Below, piece by piece: positions 20,401 through 29,497 of a DNA stretch of 64,000 bases. The position numbers were made by a program, and so were the translations under genes. The notes beneath the pieces are model-generated. The model searched no databases, was not told the origin of the DNA, and was given only the letters and a program-made list of their open reading frames with translations. Positions within the stretch are counted from its first letter, which is position 1; the number at the start of each line of letters is the position of its first letter. Source of the DNA: Armatimonadota bacterium (GTDB taxonomy: Bacteria; Armatimonadota; SYMT01); the NCBI GenBank assembly GCA_046292385.1, contig JBKBRF010000002.1, forward strand, positions 267,824 through 331,823. The letters run 5' to 3'.

Positions 20401-23400
20401 CATTACCGGTCGACTTCTGGAAGGCGAGGAAACCGGGATTCTCTACCGTAATGTTCCAGCCGCCCACCGGGAGACCGCGGATGGCGTAGGTGCCGTCCGC
20501 CCGGGTGAAGGCACTGCCGACGATGGTGTTGCCTCGCATCGCCTTGACGAAGGCTCCGGCAATCGGCGCTCCGCCGCTCAGGTTTCGCACCTGGCCCACC
20601 AGGTCCACGCTGAACATCCAGCAGAACATGGCGTGGCTGACCTTCTGCCGGTAGTTCATGCTGACGAGCGCACCGTCCTCGTCCGGAGCCGAATAGCGGC
20701 GCCCGAAGCTGGCGAGGCTGAACGACATGAACACCGTCTTGGACCGGCTTCCTGCGTCGTCCCGTGCGACCATGCGTTGGGGCGCGATCTCTTCCCAGCC
20801 GGCGCGCGCCTGAATGGCGTCCTGGGTCCGGAACGGCGTGCTGTCGGTGGCCGTGTGCGAATCGTGGCTGAATCCGTTGAAGAACGGGTTAGGAACCGTG
20901 GCGTACCAGCTCGTGGGCGTACCCAGAATCGCGGGTTGATAGATGCCCGTCCACCACGGGGGCCCGACGCCGGGACGGAAGTTCTGATCCGCAGCGTCCA
21001 TGATGATCGCCTGGGCCAGCGGTCCGCCCAGGTTGAACGCCTGGAAGTTGCCGTACGTCTCGTCCGCAAGGAAGTTGACGCCGAGTACGTCCTGGACGAA
21101 CTGCTGCTGTACCTGACCGTTGACGGTAAGCGCCCATACAATATCCCCACCCGCGATCACGAGGCGTCCACCGCGATTGCGATACTTGGTGATCTCCTGC
21201 TGAGTCGCCTGGTCGAGAATGCTGCCGGAGCCCATGAAGATGTCGCCGGTGTAGGGCGAATTCCACACGATGGCCCGGCGGGGCACCGGCTGCTGCTCCG
21301 TCACGCTGCCCGTGATGGTACGAGGCTGCTCGTCGAAGGTCGGCAGATAGGAGTTGAAGACGGTTTCCGGCACCGCGCCCTTGGCAAGCACACGCCAGAA
21401 GTCGTAGGTGTAAATCGACAGATAGCCGCGGTTTTCGACCCCGCCCACGTACTGGATGCGCCGATAGGGGGTAGCGGCGCCCGCCAGGAAGGGGTGTACC
21501 TGGTTCGTAACCTCGAACGCCGTCGCGCCAGGATCCGCGATGTCGAACAGGTCGTACGGCGGCAGCGGATTGCCGTTCGCATCTACCTGCGTATGCCTTA
21601 CCTCGCGGGTGTAGTAGGTCAGGTCGCGGTCGATTACTTCGGACTCGGTGCCATACCGGAACTCGGCGAACGGGCGGAAGGCGCCCTTCAGCCCGCGCGG
21701 CCACTTTTGGCCAGGACCGTAGTCATCCACATAGAGCACCGGATTCGTGGAAACGAACGGTTGGGTGCTGAAGCCCCAGATGTTGTCGTAGATGATCCAG
21801 TTGTGCTTGAAGGTCGGGTTCTGCGGATTCTCGGCCTTGTCGTAGGCGATCAGGTCGACATAGTAGTCGCTCGGATCGTTCGGTGTGACCCACGAGGCGG
21901 AGAAGATGCCGTCGCCGGCAACCTGGTCCGGAGCGCGTCCGTCGTCTTCCAACTTCAGCCAGCGAGCATTGCCGTTCGCGTCGACTGGGGGCTGGTTGAA
22001 TACGCCGGACCAGCGCACGGCGTCGTCGACGCCGGGATTGTAGCTGGCGTAGCGTGCACGGGAAAGGGCTACGAAGTCGTCCACCACCGGCTGGCGGAAG
22101 TACTGGTAGTCGCTTACTCCGACGCCGTCGTAGTCAGTTTCGAAGGCCTGGTGCAGCCAGTGAACGGGCGCATTGTTGTTGAACGTCGCCGGGTAAGTGT
22201 TGTTCAGCCGGGTGCGGGTCGGAGACGGGAAGCTGCCAACGCCGTACAGCTTGTGGTTGATCCCACGGGCGTCGGTGCTGGGGCCGTCCGGGTCCTTGAT
22301 CTGGATCCAGACCGACTCTACCCCGTACTGGAGGTCCTTCACCTTGGCGTAGAAGTAGAACGTGTCCCCCGCGGTGCCGAGGCGCCGACCCGGATTCGGC
22401 AGCGGCGCGTTGGCGATATGGAGCGTTTCCCCCGTCTCGACGCCGGCATCGATGTAGGACGCCTTCTCGTCACCGATCGGGAAAAGGGTGGGCGGGGTGA
22501 TGTCGGTCACCTCCGCGGCCCAGATGTCGGTGTCCCCCGCGGGAGCAACGAGCGGCGCCTGCAGATCGTTAACGTTGTTGTAGCGATTGCTCTGGAACGC
22601 GATGCGGTCGATCGGGTTCTGCGGCGGCAGACCGGCGGACCAGGTAGGGAACCGTTCGTCGGTCTGGTTCAGCGGCACGGCGCCCGCGTTGGTGTCCGGC
22701 GTGAAGAGCCGGATCGGCACGTTGAACGCGCTCTCCTGCTGACCGTTATTGAAGTAGATGTCGTAGGTGATGCCGCCGTTCCGGTTCTTGGACGCCCACG
22801 CTACCCAGCCGCTGAAGCCGGCGGAGCCGAGGTTGATCGCCGGCTCCACGTCGTCCGCCGTGCTGGTGGTCACCTGGAAGGCGGCGCCGGTAAGCGGGAG
22901 GATGTAGAAGAGGTTGTGGTCCGTAACTGCGGTGGGCGCAGCGAGGTTCACCTGGCCACCCGCCACGCCGGCGGAGTTGGCTGCGACAATGATGCGCGGG
23001 TTGGCGGCGGTGCTGTTCGGGTCCACAAACGGGTCGATGAACTCCACGCCGTTGGCGGGAGTGCCGTTGGTCACCTTGGTGACCACGCCGCTGATCAGAT
23101 TGACCTTGTAGACGTTGCGGACGTCGTTCGCTACGCGCCGGTCCCGGGCCGCGAAATAGATGTGCCCATCGCCGGCCTCGAAGGTCGGCCGCTCCACGTT
23201 GACGATCTCGGCCGCCAGCGGGTTATTCAGCACGTTGATGCCGGTGTACTGGCGCCGCTGCCCGGTGAGGAAGTCGAGCACGAAGAGCTGGTACGGCTCG
23301 GCGAGCGAGGCCCGGCTCACGTAGGCCATCAGCGTCTGACCGAAGCTCAGGGCCGGGAAGAGCTGGCTGTTCGGTGCTTCATCCGGGTAGTTGGCATTTA

Positions 23401-23923
23401 CGCCGGTGATGCGCTGGATGAAGGCGCCGTCGCTCGTCATCCGGTAGATGTGGTACGGAGCGTTCCCGGGAGGCGCGGTCTTGCCATGCTCGGCCACGGC
23501 GTCGATGTTGTTCGACGCGAAGAAGATGTACTGCTGGTCCCAGCTCCAGAACGGGTGCACTTCCTGCGACTTGGTGGAAGGGCCGACGAGCGGGGGACGG
23601 GGCAAGGTGGTGAGGTCGATGAACTGCGGCTGCGTCTCCGGCGGCTGCACGTTGGCGGGCCGAATCTTGCCCTCTAGCTCTGCCTGCTTGCTCGCCAACA
23701 GCGCATCGAACTCCTTCTGGGAGTAGCGCTGCAGCGGCAGGTTCGACAGCTCGTAGGAGCTCAGCGGCTTATCGCCGCGCCCCCGGACGGGTGCGGCGGG
23801 ACCGCGCCCGCCCCTTCCCGCGGTCTGGGCGGCGGAGGCACAGATCAAGATGCCGGAAAAGAGGAGGGCAGCAATAAAGAGCGCAAGCGCGCGGCCCAGT
23901 TGGACAGAAGGACCCCGTTTCAA
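17495..23923 (-). CDS. 2142-aa secreted protein: TolB/PD40-like propeller, choice-of-anchor-X-like motif, carboxypeptidase-regulatory-like repeats, 'GWN' module
   Basis: GAGGAGG RBS and signal peptide; HPFWSWDQQYIFFASN; LEDDGRAPDQVAGDGIFSASW; repeated G-x-I-x-G-x-V...T-x-ADG-x-Y units; VRPGWNMIGSV. Confidence 0.88.
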   Translation of the reverse strand: MKRGPSVQLGRALALFIAALLFSGILICASAAQTAGRGGRGPAAPVRGRGDKPLSSYELSNLPLQRYSQKEFDALLASKQAELEGKIRPANVQPPETQPQFIDLTTLPRPPLVGPSTKSQEVHPFWSWDQQYIFFASNNIDAVAEHGKTAPPGNAPYHIYRMTSDGAFIQRITGVNANYPDEAPNSQLFPALSFGQTLMAYVSRASLAEPYQLFVLDFLTGQRRQYTGINVLNNPLAAEIVNVERPTFEAGDGHIYFAARDRRVANDVRNVYKVNLISGVVTKVTNGTPANGVEFIDPFVDPNSTAANPRIIVAANSAGVAGGQVNLAAPTAVTDHNLFYILPLTGAAFQVTTSTADDVEPAINLGSAGFSGWVAWASKNRNGGITYDIYFNNGQQESAFNVPIRLFTPDTNAGAVPLNQTDERFPTWSAGLPPQNPIDRIAFQSNRYNNVNDLQAPLVAPAGDTDIWAAEVTDITPPTLFPIGDEKASYIDAGVETGETLHIANAPLPNPGRRLGTAGDTFYFYAKVKDLQYGVESVWIQIKDPDGPSTDARGINHKLYGVGSFPSPTRTRLNNTYPATFNNNAPVHWLHQAFETDYDGVGVSDYQYFRQPVVDDFVALSRARYASYNPGVDDAVRWSGVFNQPPVDANGNARWLKLEDDGRAPDQVAGDGIFSASWVTPNDPSDYYVDLIAYDKAENPQNPTFKHNWIIYDNIWGFSTQPFVSTNPVLYVDDYGPGQKWPRGLKGAFRPFAEFRYGTESEVIDRDLTYYTREVRHTQVDANGNPLPPYDLFDIADPGATAFEVTNQVHPFLAGAATPYRRIQYVGGVENRGYLSIYTYDFWRVLAKGAVPETVFNSYLPTFDEQPRTITGSVTEQQPVPRRAIVWNSPYTGDIFMGSGSILDQATQQEITKYRNRGGRLVIAGGDIVWALTVNGQVQQQFVQDVLGVNFLADETYGNFQAFNLGGPLAQAIIMDAADQNFRPGVGPPWWTGIYQPAILGTPTSWYATVPNPFFNGFSHDSHTATDSTPFRTQDAIQARAGWEEIAPQRMVARDDAGSRSKTVFMSFSLASFGRRYSAPDEDGALVSMNYRQKVSHAMFCWMFSVDLVGQVRNLSGGAPIAGAFVKAMRGNTIVGSAFTRADGTYAIRGLPVGGWNITVENPGFLAFQKSTGNGAHGLDQVSEDVFLTPAAPGSISGKVTDQFNRPVPDVKILATLQASPLYTGQREFRATTVADGTYNIPSAPVGTYEVTIEDPLPERFGFINGTRPTRTEVVNPAQATPNVDFQIEGQSGPLTVKVFEAKPDGTKGNPVEGAEVTILDPNGAVIAGLTGTTGADGEVLFSADDPNADVAQNVPAGPNQVTAFKFGRQEGVAQVNIPQQSSVEILLAAAERVDIYGRALRKIDNVELQTRDLEVPVTLQLLRRSSQLAVGLNTNVFAPGLDVPVRHNYKFADAQEGEFTIALRNHPRFKDAQVNVDVTGDPPITAPVLLLEGKDGKLSGRVLEDPGNGQIRPLEGATVVVTSERLQPGVAIVTVLTGADGTYATPTIPSDVYTVTVRKFGHTERTISGVFVAGDTTLDDIVLIRAARGQVFGLTRRTIDGALRSGVVVEFWTPASSPFGSMKIAESAPSLAASVGAPDGGQMNYTVGGTNQQDEHLPEGTYEVRVNDPRYQAVTQSFTVTGGQATRLDFDLVPLPGTITGIVRELKPDNTPGDFIANATVTVTANPGGNVVATVSTDQNGRYTTAQLAGGLYDIQATAFGYQPGGTQVFVENNVTAPTILLQRVPPSRISGTIRSSVDGAFIGGVTVEVLPQNGGPAVATAQSNDTGSGNPVVNYEVFTDRFGTFVLRVSKPGWKPLTRTITVNPQQSQTQNFVLDPRHVFGAGLHLVSLPDDFRGQDAASVMGIPSNQFRSAYWLPDSRRYAIYPDRDAAEFRLGRAMFVRFARPTAFTNSGAQADPDEDVNISVRPGWNMIGSVRERRVEWLRVKVMSPDGTIRTMQQAYDDGIIQNGLWGYSDRYYLSDYMEPFAGYFMRAFQAVTLIVPPANGMADAGLTGNRTARLPQVDSPLPGSPAAAAVRSRSTTATAVRRTFPGAAATAAASLSGSRNPGRRRPSSRTPGHRALAAQPKQNETRPARTRLL

Positions 23924-24068
23924 TTAATGAACCTCCTCGCCCTTGGGGAATTAGGACGAACCGAGATAGTGCGGAGTAATGCGGCCGGCGCCTGGCGCCC
24001 GGGCACGTAAGCACGCGCGGGGGCGCCAGCACCGGGACCGGCGTCTAAGAACCTCGTTAAGTTACCGC

Positions 24069-24776
24069 TTAGGACGCGGGTCTCCTCCTCGGTTTTGCCT
24101 GAGCACCGTGGGAGATGGGACTTTTTTCGGTTGGCGGTCGCCGGGACGCTGGGGAGACAAGCTCCCGCAGGGCGCTCCAGACCTCCCGAACCTCGGCCTG
24201 GGTCTGTAAAAGAGGAACGTCGCCGCGAATTACATAGTCGGCGTGGGACAGCCGTTTAAAAAGTGGGATCTGGGACTTAATTCGGGCTTCTGCTTCGGCG
24301 GCGGACAGGCCTCGCTCGTGCGTTAGACGATCAAGCTGCGATGAATGTTGCGTGGATACGACCAGGATTCTGTCAACTTGCGCTGCCCAGCCGGCTTCCA
24401 GCAGGACTGCGGCTTCCACTACTACCAGTCGGCTGCGGGGAGGCCGCTTCTGCAGCTCTCGCAGCTTCCCCCGCAGGCGCTCCGCGATCCGCGGGTGGGT
24501 GATCCGGTTCAGCGCCGCCAGAGCGGTCCGGTCCCCGAACACCCGGGCGCCCAGGGCCTTGCGATCCAGCTCTCCCGCCGGAGTCAGGAATCCGGCCCCG
24601 AACTCCCGCACCACCTCCGCCAGTCCGGGCTCTCCCGGCGCCAGCACTTCGTGCCCCAGCCGGTCGGCGTCGAGCACCACCGCGCCGAGCTCCGCGAAGA
24701 GCGCCGCGATGGTGCTCTTGCCGCTCGCTATTCCTCCGGTCAACCCGGCGACTACCAGGGGAGGAAAGCGGAGCAT
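24069..24776 (-). CDS. coaE: Dephospho-CoA kinase
   Basis: GLTGGIASGKST P-loop, LDRKALGARVF and ITHPRI motifs. Confidence 0.95.
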   Translation of the reverse strand: MLRFPPLVVAGLTGGIASGKSTIAALFAELGAVVLDADRLGHEVLAPGEPGLAEVVREFGAGFLTPAGELDRKALGARVFGDRTALAALNRITHPRIAERLRGKLRELQKRPPRSRLVVVEAAVLLEAGWAAQVDRILVVSTQHSSQLDRLTHERGLSAAEAEARIKSQIPLFKRLSHADYVIRGDVPLLQTQAEVREVWSALRELVSPASRRPPTEKSPISHGAQAKPRRRPAS

Positions 24777-24810
24777 CTTTCTACGCAGCCCAACCAAGCG
24801 TTAGATCTAT

Positions 24811-24849
24811 AAAAAGGATGGACGTACCGGTCTGCCGGACGTCCATCCT
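24811..24849 (-). terminator. Intrinsic terminator after rpsA
   Basis: Minus strand aggatggacgtccgg-caga-ccggtacgtccatcc followed by ttttt. Confidence 0.8.
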
Positions 24850-24895
24850 CTCAAGCCGAGCCGCGCCGGGGCGCGACCTCCGAGCCGTGTGCGGG

Positions 24896-26188
24896 CTACT
24901 CTTCGGTCTCGTCGTCCTCGACGTCTTCCTGAGTGTCGACGTCGAGATCGTCGCCGTAGTCGCCCCGCTCCTCCATCGCCTGGCGGATGGAAAGGGTGAG
25001 GCGCCGCTCTTCCGGCCGGATCTCCACTATCTTCACCTCGACCTCGTCTCCGACCTCCACCACGTCCTCCGGTTTGTTGACCCGGCGGACAGAGAGCTCG
25101 TTGTTCGGCACGATGCCTTCGATGCCGCCCTCGAGCTGCACGAAGACTCCGAACGGAACGATGCGGGTGACGCTGCCGTTGACGATGTCGCCCGGCAGGA
25201 ACTTCTCCTGGGCTTCCGTCCAGGGATCCGGCAGGATCTGGCGCAGACCCAGGGAGATGCGGTTCTGCTCCAGGTTGGTCTTGAGGACCATCACCTGGAT
25301 CTCGTCCCCCACCTTCAGCACCTCGCTCGGATGCTTGATGCGGGTCCAGCTCATCTCGCTGATGTGGAGCAGGCCGTCCACGCCGCCGATGTCCACAAAG
25401 GCGCCGTAGTCGGTGATGCGGCGCACCACGCCCGGGCGCACCTGCCCCTCGGCGAGGGTGGCCAGGGTCTCCTGGCGCTGCGCTTCCCGCTCCTCTTCCG
25501 TCGCCAGCCGGTGCGAGAGCACCACCTTGCGGCGGTCGCGGTCGACTTCGATCACCTTCAGCGGCAGCTCGGTGCCGACATACTTCTCCAGGTTCCGCGC
25601 CTGGCCGGTGCCGACGTGAGACGCAGGCACGAAGCCGCGGATGCCGAGGTCGACCACCAGGCCGCCCTTCACGCGCTCGGTGACGCGCGCGTTCAGCTTC
25701 TCGCCCGCCTTCTGGGCCTCGATCACGCGGTCCCACGCCTTTTCGAAGTCGGCGCGCTTCTTGGAGAGGATGAGCTGGTCCGACTCGTCGTCGCCGCTGC
25801 TCAGGACGTACACGTCCACCTCACCGCCCACCTGCACGATCGACTCCGGCCGGCGGGCCGACTCGCGGGAGAGCTCGTTCGGCGGAATCAGCCCTTCGGA
25901 CTTGGTGCCCACGTCCACGAGCACCCCTTCGCGGTCGATGTAGACCACGGTCCCGCGCACCACCTCGCCTTCCTGGAGGTTGCGCAGGGCATCGCCGAAG
26001 TCGATGGCGCGCGCGCGCTCGTTCTCCGTCGGCACGTCCCCGCCCTGAGCGAGAATGGTGCCGACCGGCGGCTTCTTGCGCCCGCGTCCGTCCGCTCCTT
26101 CGGCGGGAGGAACCTGTGAAGCGGAGGACTCCGCTTCCGTGACGGTCGCGGCTGCCGCCCCCTGCTCTTCGGTTCGCTCGTCGGTCAT
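24896..26188 (-). CDS. rpsA: 30S ribosomal protein S1 (four S1 domains)
   Basis: VDVGTKSEGLIP, GIRGFVPASHV, YGAFVDIGGVDGLLHISEMSW and FGVFVQLEGGIEG. Confidence 0.97.
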   Translation of the reverse strand: MTDERTEEQGAAAATVTEAESSASQVPPAEGADGRGRKKPPVGTILAQGGDVPTENERARAIDFGDALRNLQEGEVVRGTVVYIDREGVLVDVGTKSEGLIPPNELSRESARRPESIVQVGGEVDVYVLSSGDDESDQLILSKKRADFEKAWDRVIEAQKAGEKLNARVTERVKGGLVVDLGIRGFVPASHVGTGQARNLEKYVGTELPLKVIEVDRDRRKVVLSHRLATEEEREAQRQETLATLAEGQVRPGVVRRITDYGAFVDIGGVDGLLHISEMSWTRIKHPSEVLKVGDEIQVMVLKTNLEQNRISLGLRQILPDPWTEAQEKFLPGDIVNGSVTRIVPFGVFVQLEGGIEGIVPNNELSVRRVNKPEDVVEVGDEVEVKIVEIRPEERRLTLSIRQAMEERGDYGDDLDVDTQEDVEDDETEE

Positions 26189-26271
26189 AAAGTACTGGTC
26201 TCCTTCTGGTGGATTTTGCCGGAGGGCCCCGATTCCCGGTCCTGGGATCGGCGGCGCACGCGGCAGCGCAG

Positions 26272-26280
26272 ATTATAGCA
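26272..26280 (-). promoter_or_regulatory. Extended -10 promoter TGCTATAAT for rpsA
   Basis: Consensus TGnTATAAT about 85 nt upstream of the ATG. Confidence 0.65.
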
Positions 26281-26315
26281 TACGGCGCGCGAGAAAAAGC
26301 TACCCTCTTCACTCT

Positions 26316-26777
26316 AAGGATGAATGATGAGGGATCCTAAAGGCTAAAGGCAGAAGGCTAAAGGATGAATCCGAGCCCTCCGTGGGCGGCGGCTCGCACT
26401 CCTTCTCGTTCTCCTTCTCTTTCTCAGAAGCGATGAGGCGGGAGCGGCAGGTGGACCCTCCGGCGCGGCCTAACCCCTCAAACCCTCCCCCGTTCGGGGA
26501 CAAGCCTTCCCTGAGAAGGATCGAGGATGAGGCTCCGTGAGCAGGAGCCGCCGCCGTACTTCTCCAGGCCGCCGGTGACCTGGATGGTCATCGACAACTC
26601 TTACTCGGAGGGGCGGCGGAACCGGCGGGCAATCGGAACGGGAGTCGCCCGGCGCGGTTGAGCTCAAGTGGACGTGCCGGAGAGCGAAGGTCGCCAGCGA
26701 GCAGGAGCAGGAGTAGGAGCAAGAGCAGGACCTCCCGTTGACGGAGGGTCCGGATTTAGCCTTCTGCCTTTAGCCTT
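26316..26777. repeat. Two inverted copies of a composite hexamer-array/hairpin/heptamer-array element
   Basis: Copies at 26316-26426 (reverse) and 26676-26777 (forward). Related copies at 32483, 35085, 52622 and 60919. Confidence 0.85.
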
Positions 26778-29442
26778 CCGTCGTCCCTTCGACGTCTCGC
26801 CAGTTGCAGCCGACCTTCACTTCCACGCGCAGCGGCACGCTCAGCTCGTAGGCTTGCTCCATCTCGCGGCAGACCAGGCGGGTCATCTCCGCTTCCTCTT
26901 CGGGGACGATCTCGAAGAGCAGCTCGTCGTGGACCTGCAGGATCATCCGGCTCCGCAGGCCGGCGGCGCGCATCGCGGCGTCGACGCGGATCATCGCGGC
27001 TTTGATGATGTCGGAGGCGGTCCCCTGCACCGGCGCGTTGACCGCTTCCCGCTCGGCGGAGAGGCGCTCGTTCCGGTTGCCGGCGTGGATTCCGGGAGCG
27101 TAGCGCTTGCGGCGGTAGGGGGGCAGCGTGGTGACGTACCCGAGCTTCCGGGCCTGCTGCAGCGTATCTTCGGTGTAGCCGAGCACGCCGGGGAACCGCT
27201 CGAAGTAGGCCTCGATCAGTCCCTTCGCCTCTGCCACGCCGATCCGGAGCTGGCGGGAGAGGCCGTATTCCTTCTGGCCGTAGAGCACCGCGAAGTTGAC
27301 CGTCTTGGCGCTGCGGCGCTGGTCCGCGGTCACCTGCTCCAGCGGGACGCCGAAGACCCGGGAAGCGGTGGCGGAGTGGACGTCGCGGTTCTCCTGAAAC
27401 GCGCGGACCAGCGCCTCGTCGCGGGAGATGTGCGCCATGATCCGCAGCTCGATCTGGCTGTAGTCGGCGGAGAGCAGCTTCATCCCGGGGGCCGGCACGA
27501 AGGCGGAGCGGATCTCGCGGCCGACCTCCGTCCGCACCGGGATGTTCTGCAGGTTCGGGTCGCTGCTGGAGAGCCGGCCGGTAGCGGCGACAGTCTGGTT
27601 CAGGTGCGTGTGGACGCGTCCGTCGCGAGGGTCGACGAGACTCCGCAGCGCGTCGGCGTAAGTCGACTTCAGCTTGGAGAGCTCCCGGTATTCCAGGATC
27701 AGCGCGGGCAGCGGGTGCGCGACGGCCAGGTCTTGCAGCACGTCGGAATCGGTGGAGTAGCCGGTCTTCGTCTTCTTGCCGGGGGGCAGGCCCTGCTCCT
27801 GGAACAGGATCTCCTGGAGCTGCTTGGGGGAGCCGAGGTTGAACGGGTGCCCCGCCAGCTCAAACGCCTGCACCTCCACCTCCTGGATGCGGCGCGCCAG
27901 CCGCTCCGAGAGGCCGCGCAGCGCCTCCGTGTCGACCGCCACCCCGAGCGCCTCCATGCGGACCAGGATCGGCACCAGCGGCAGCTCCAGCTCGTCGTAA
28001 ACGGTGTCGAGGTCGTCCGCCTTCAAACGCGCGCACAGCGGCTCCCGAAGCGCCCAGACGGCCGCCGCCTCGTGCGCCGAGAGCGCCAGCTCCTCCCCGG
28101 CAGGCGCCCAGCCGAGGTGCTCCCGGGAGAGGTCGTCCAGCCGGTACGCGGCGCGGCCGGGGTTCAGCACGTAGGCCGCCAGCAGCGTATCGAAGCCAGG
28201 CGGCGACTGCGGGTATTCCCCGCCGCTGCCGGCGGCGAGCGCGTGCAGCTCCGCTTTCAGGTCGTGCGCCAGCAGCGCCACGGAGGGGTCTCGCAGCAGC
28301 TCCCGCAGCGGCTCCGGCACGCTCCAGCGCTCCACCTCCGCAAAGAGGTTGCCCTCCCCCGCCGGGGCGCCGCCCAGGAGCACCGTCTCCCCGCCCGCGC
28401 TGAGCGCCACGCCGCGCAGCACCGCCTTTCGCGAGTCGCCGCCGCCCCGGATCGTGCGCAGCGCCACGGCGCCGATCTCTCTCGCGCGCCGGCACCACTC
28501 CGCGATCTCCTCCGGCGCCTCCAGCACGCGCCAGCTCACGTCGGCTTCCCGGGCGGCGGCGACCGGCGCCGGCTCGGCGCTATCCGGCAGGCGGCGCGCG
28601 AGGGTGCGGAACTCCAGGTGCTCGAACAGCTCCCGCGCCTCCGGCGCGTCCGGGCCGGGGTAGGCCCACTCCTCCCACGGCGTCTCCAGCGGGAGGTCGG
28701 TCACCACCGTGGCAAGCTTCTTGTACAGGACCGCCTGCTCCCGCATGCGGCAGAGGTTCTCCCGCACCTTCCCCGCCTTCACCTCTTCCGCGTGCTCCAG
28801 CAGCCGTTCCAGGCTGCCGTAGGTCTGGAGCAGGGTGGCGGCGGTCTTGTCCCCGATGCCCGGCACGCCGGGGATGTTGTCCGAGGTGTCGCCCTTCAGC
28901 GCCTTGAAGTCGGGCAGCAGCTCCGGGCCGAGGCCGAACCGCTCCCGCACCGCCGCCTCGTCGTAGAGCTGCGCGTCGGTGATGCCGCGGCGGTTGACCA
29001 GCACCTTCACGTGCTCGTTCACGAGCTGCAGCGCGTCGAGGTCGCCGGTCACCACCAGCACCTCGTACCCCGCGTCGCGCCCCCGGCAGGTGAGGGTGCC
29101 GATCACGTCGTCCGCCTCGTAGCCGGTGTGCTGGACGATCGGAATCCGGAGCACTCCCGCCACGGCACGGGCGAGCGGCCCCTGCACCGCTAGGTCGTCC
29201 GGCGTGCGGGGACGGTTCGCCTTGTAATCGGCGAAATCGGTATGGCGGAAGGTGCGCCCGCCCTCGAAGGCGAGCAGCAGGATGTCCGGCTTCTCCTCCT
29301 CAATCAGCTTGAGGAGCATCGAGGCGAAGCCGTAGACCGCGTTGGTGGGGGTGCCGTCCGCCGTGGTGAGTGCGGGCAGGGCGAAGAACGCCCGGTACAG
29401 CAGGCTGCTGCCGTCGATCACCACCAGCTTCTTCTGCGCCAC
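26770..29442 (-). CDS. polA: DNA polymerase I
   Basis: IDGSSLLYRAFFA 5'-exonuclease; TGRLSSSDPNLQNIP, ADYSQIELRI and LQVHDEL. Confidence 0.98.
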   Translation of the reverse strand: MAQKKLVVIDGSSLLYRAFFALPALTTADGTPTNAVYGFASMLLKLIEEEKPDILLLAFEGGRTFRHTDFADYKANRPRTPDDLAVQGPLARAVAGVLRIPIVQHTGYEADDVIGTLTCRGRDAGYEVLVVTGDLDALQLVNEHVKVLVNRRGITDAQLYDEAAVRERFGLGPELLPDFKALKGDTSDNIPGVPGIGDKTAATLLQTYGSLERLLEHAEEVKAGKVRENLCRMREQAVLYKKLATVVTDLPLETPWEEWAYPGPDAPEARELFEHLEFRTLARRLPDSAEPAPVAAAREADVSWRVLEAPEEIAEWCRRAREIGAVALRTIRGGGDSRKAVLRGVALSAGGETVLLGGAPAGEGNLFAEVERWSVPEPLRELLRDPSVALLAHDLKAELHALAAGSGGEYPQSPPGFDTLLAAYVLNPGRAAYRLDDLSREHLGWAPAGEELALSAHEAAAVWALREPLCARLKADDLDTVYDELELPLVPILVRMEALGVAVDTEALRGLSERLARRIQEVEVQAFELAGHPFNLGSPKQLQEILFQEQGLPPGKKTKTGYSTDSDVLQDLAVAHPLPALILEYRELSKLKSTYADALRSLVDPRDGRVHTHLNQTVAATGRLSSSDPNLQNIPVRTEVGREIRSAFVPAPGMKLLSADYSQIELRIMAHISRDEALVRAFQENRDVHSATASRVFGVPLEQVTADQRRSAKTVNFAVLYGQKEYGLSRQLRIGVAEAKGLIEAYFERFPGVLGYTEDTLQQARKLGYVTTLPPYRRKRYAPGIHAGNRNERLSAEREAVNAPVQGTASDIIKAAMIRVDAAMRAAGLRSRMILQVHDELLFEIVPEEEAEMTRLVCREMEQAYELSVPLRVEVKVGCNWRDVEGTTEG

Positions 29443-29497
29443 GGCTCCCTCGCTCTCTGCCGCGGCACCCCGGATTGCATGGCGCGGCCGGAGAATC

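Noticed and set aside
19523..23677. 1384-aa plus-strand ORF and other long antisense or alternate-frame ORFs (e.g. 10020-12320, 12487-14835, 26668-29193, 37157-40936)
   Set aside because: Shadows of motif-bearing genes in high-GC DNA; Arg/Gly/Ala-rich with no recognisable motifs.
9023..23923. Canonical curli, flagellar or T9SS locus
   Set aside because: No curlin repeats, flagellar structural genes or Por/Gld components, and the shared module does not resemble the T9SS CTD.
28000..28520. PolI proofreading domain lacks the ExoI DxE motif (VALRTIR)
   Set aside because: An inactive 3'-5' exonuclease is common in PolI of many lineages.
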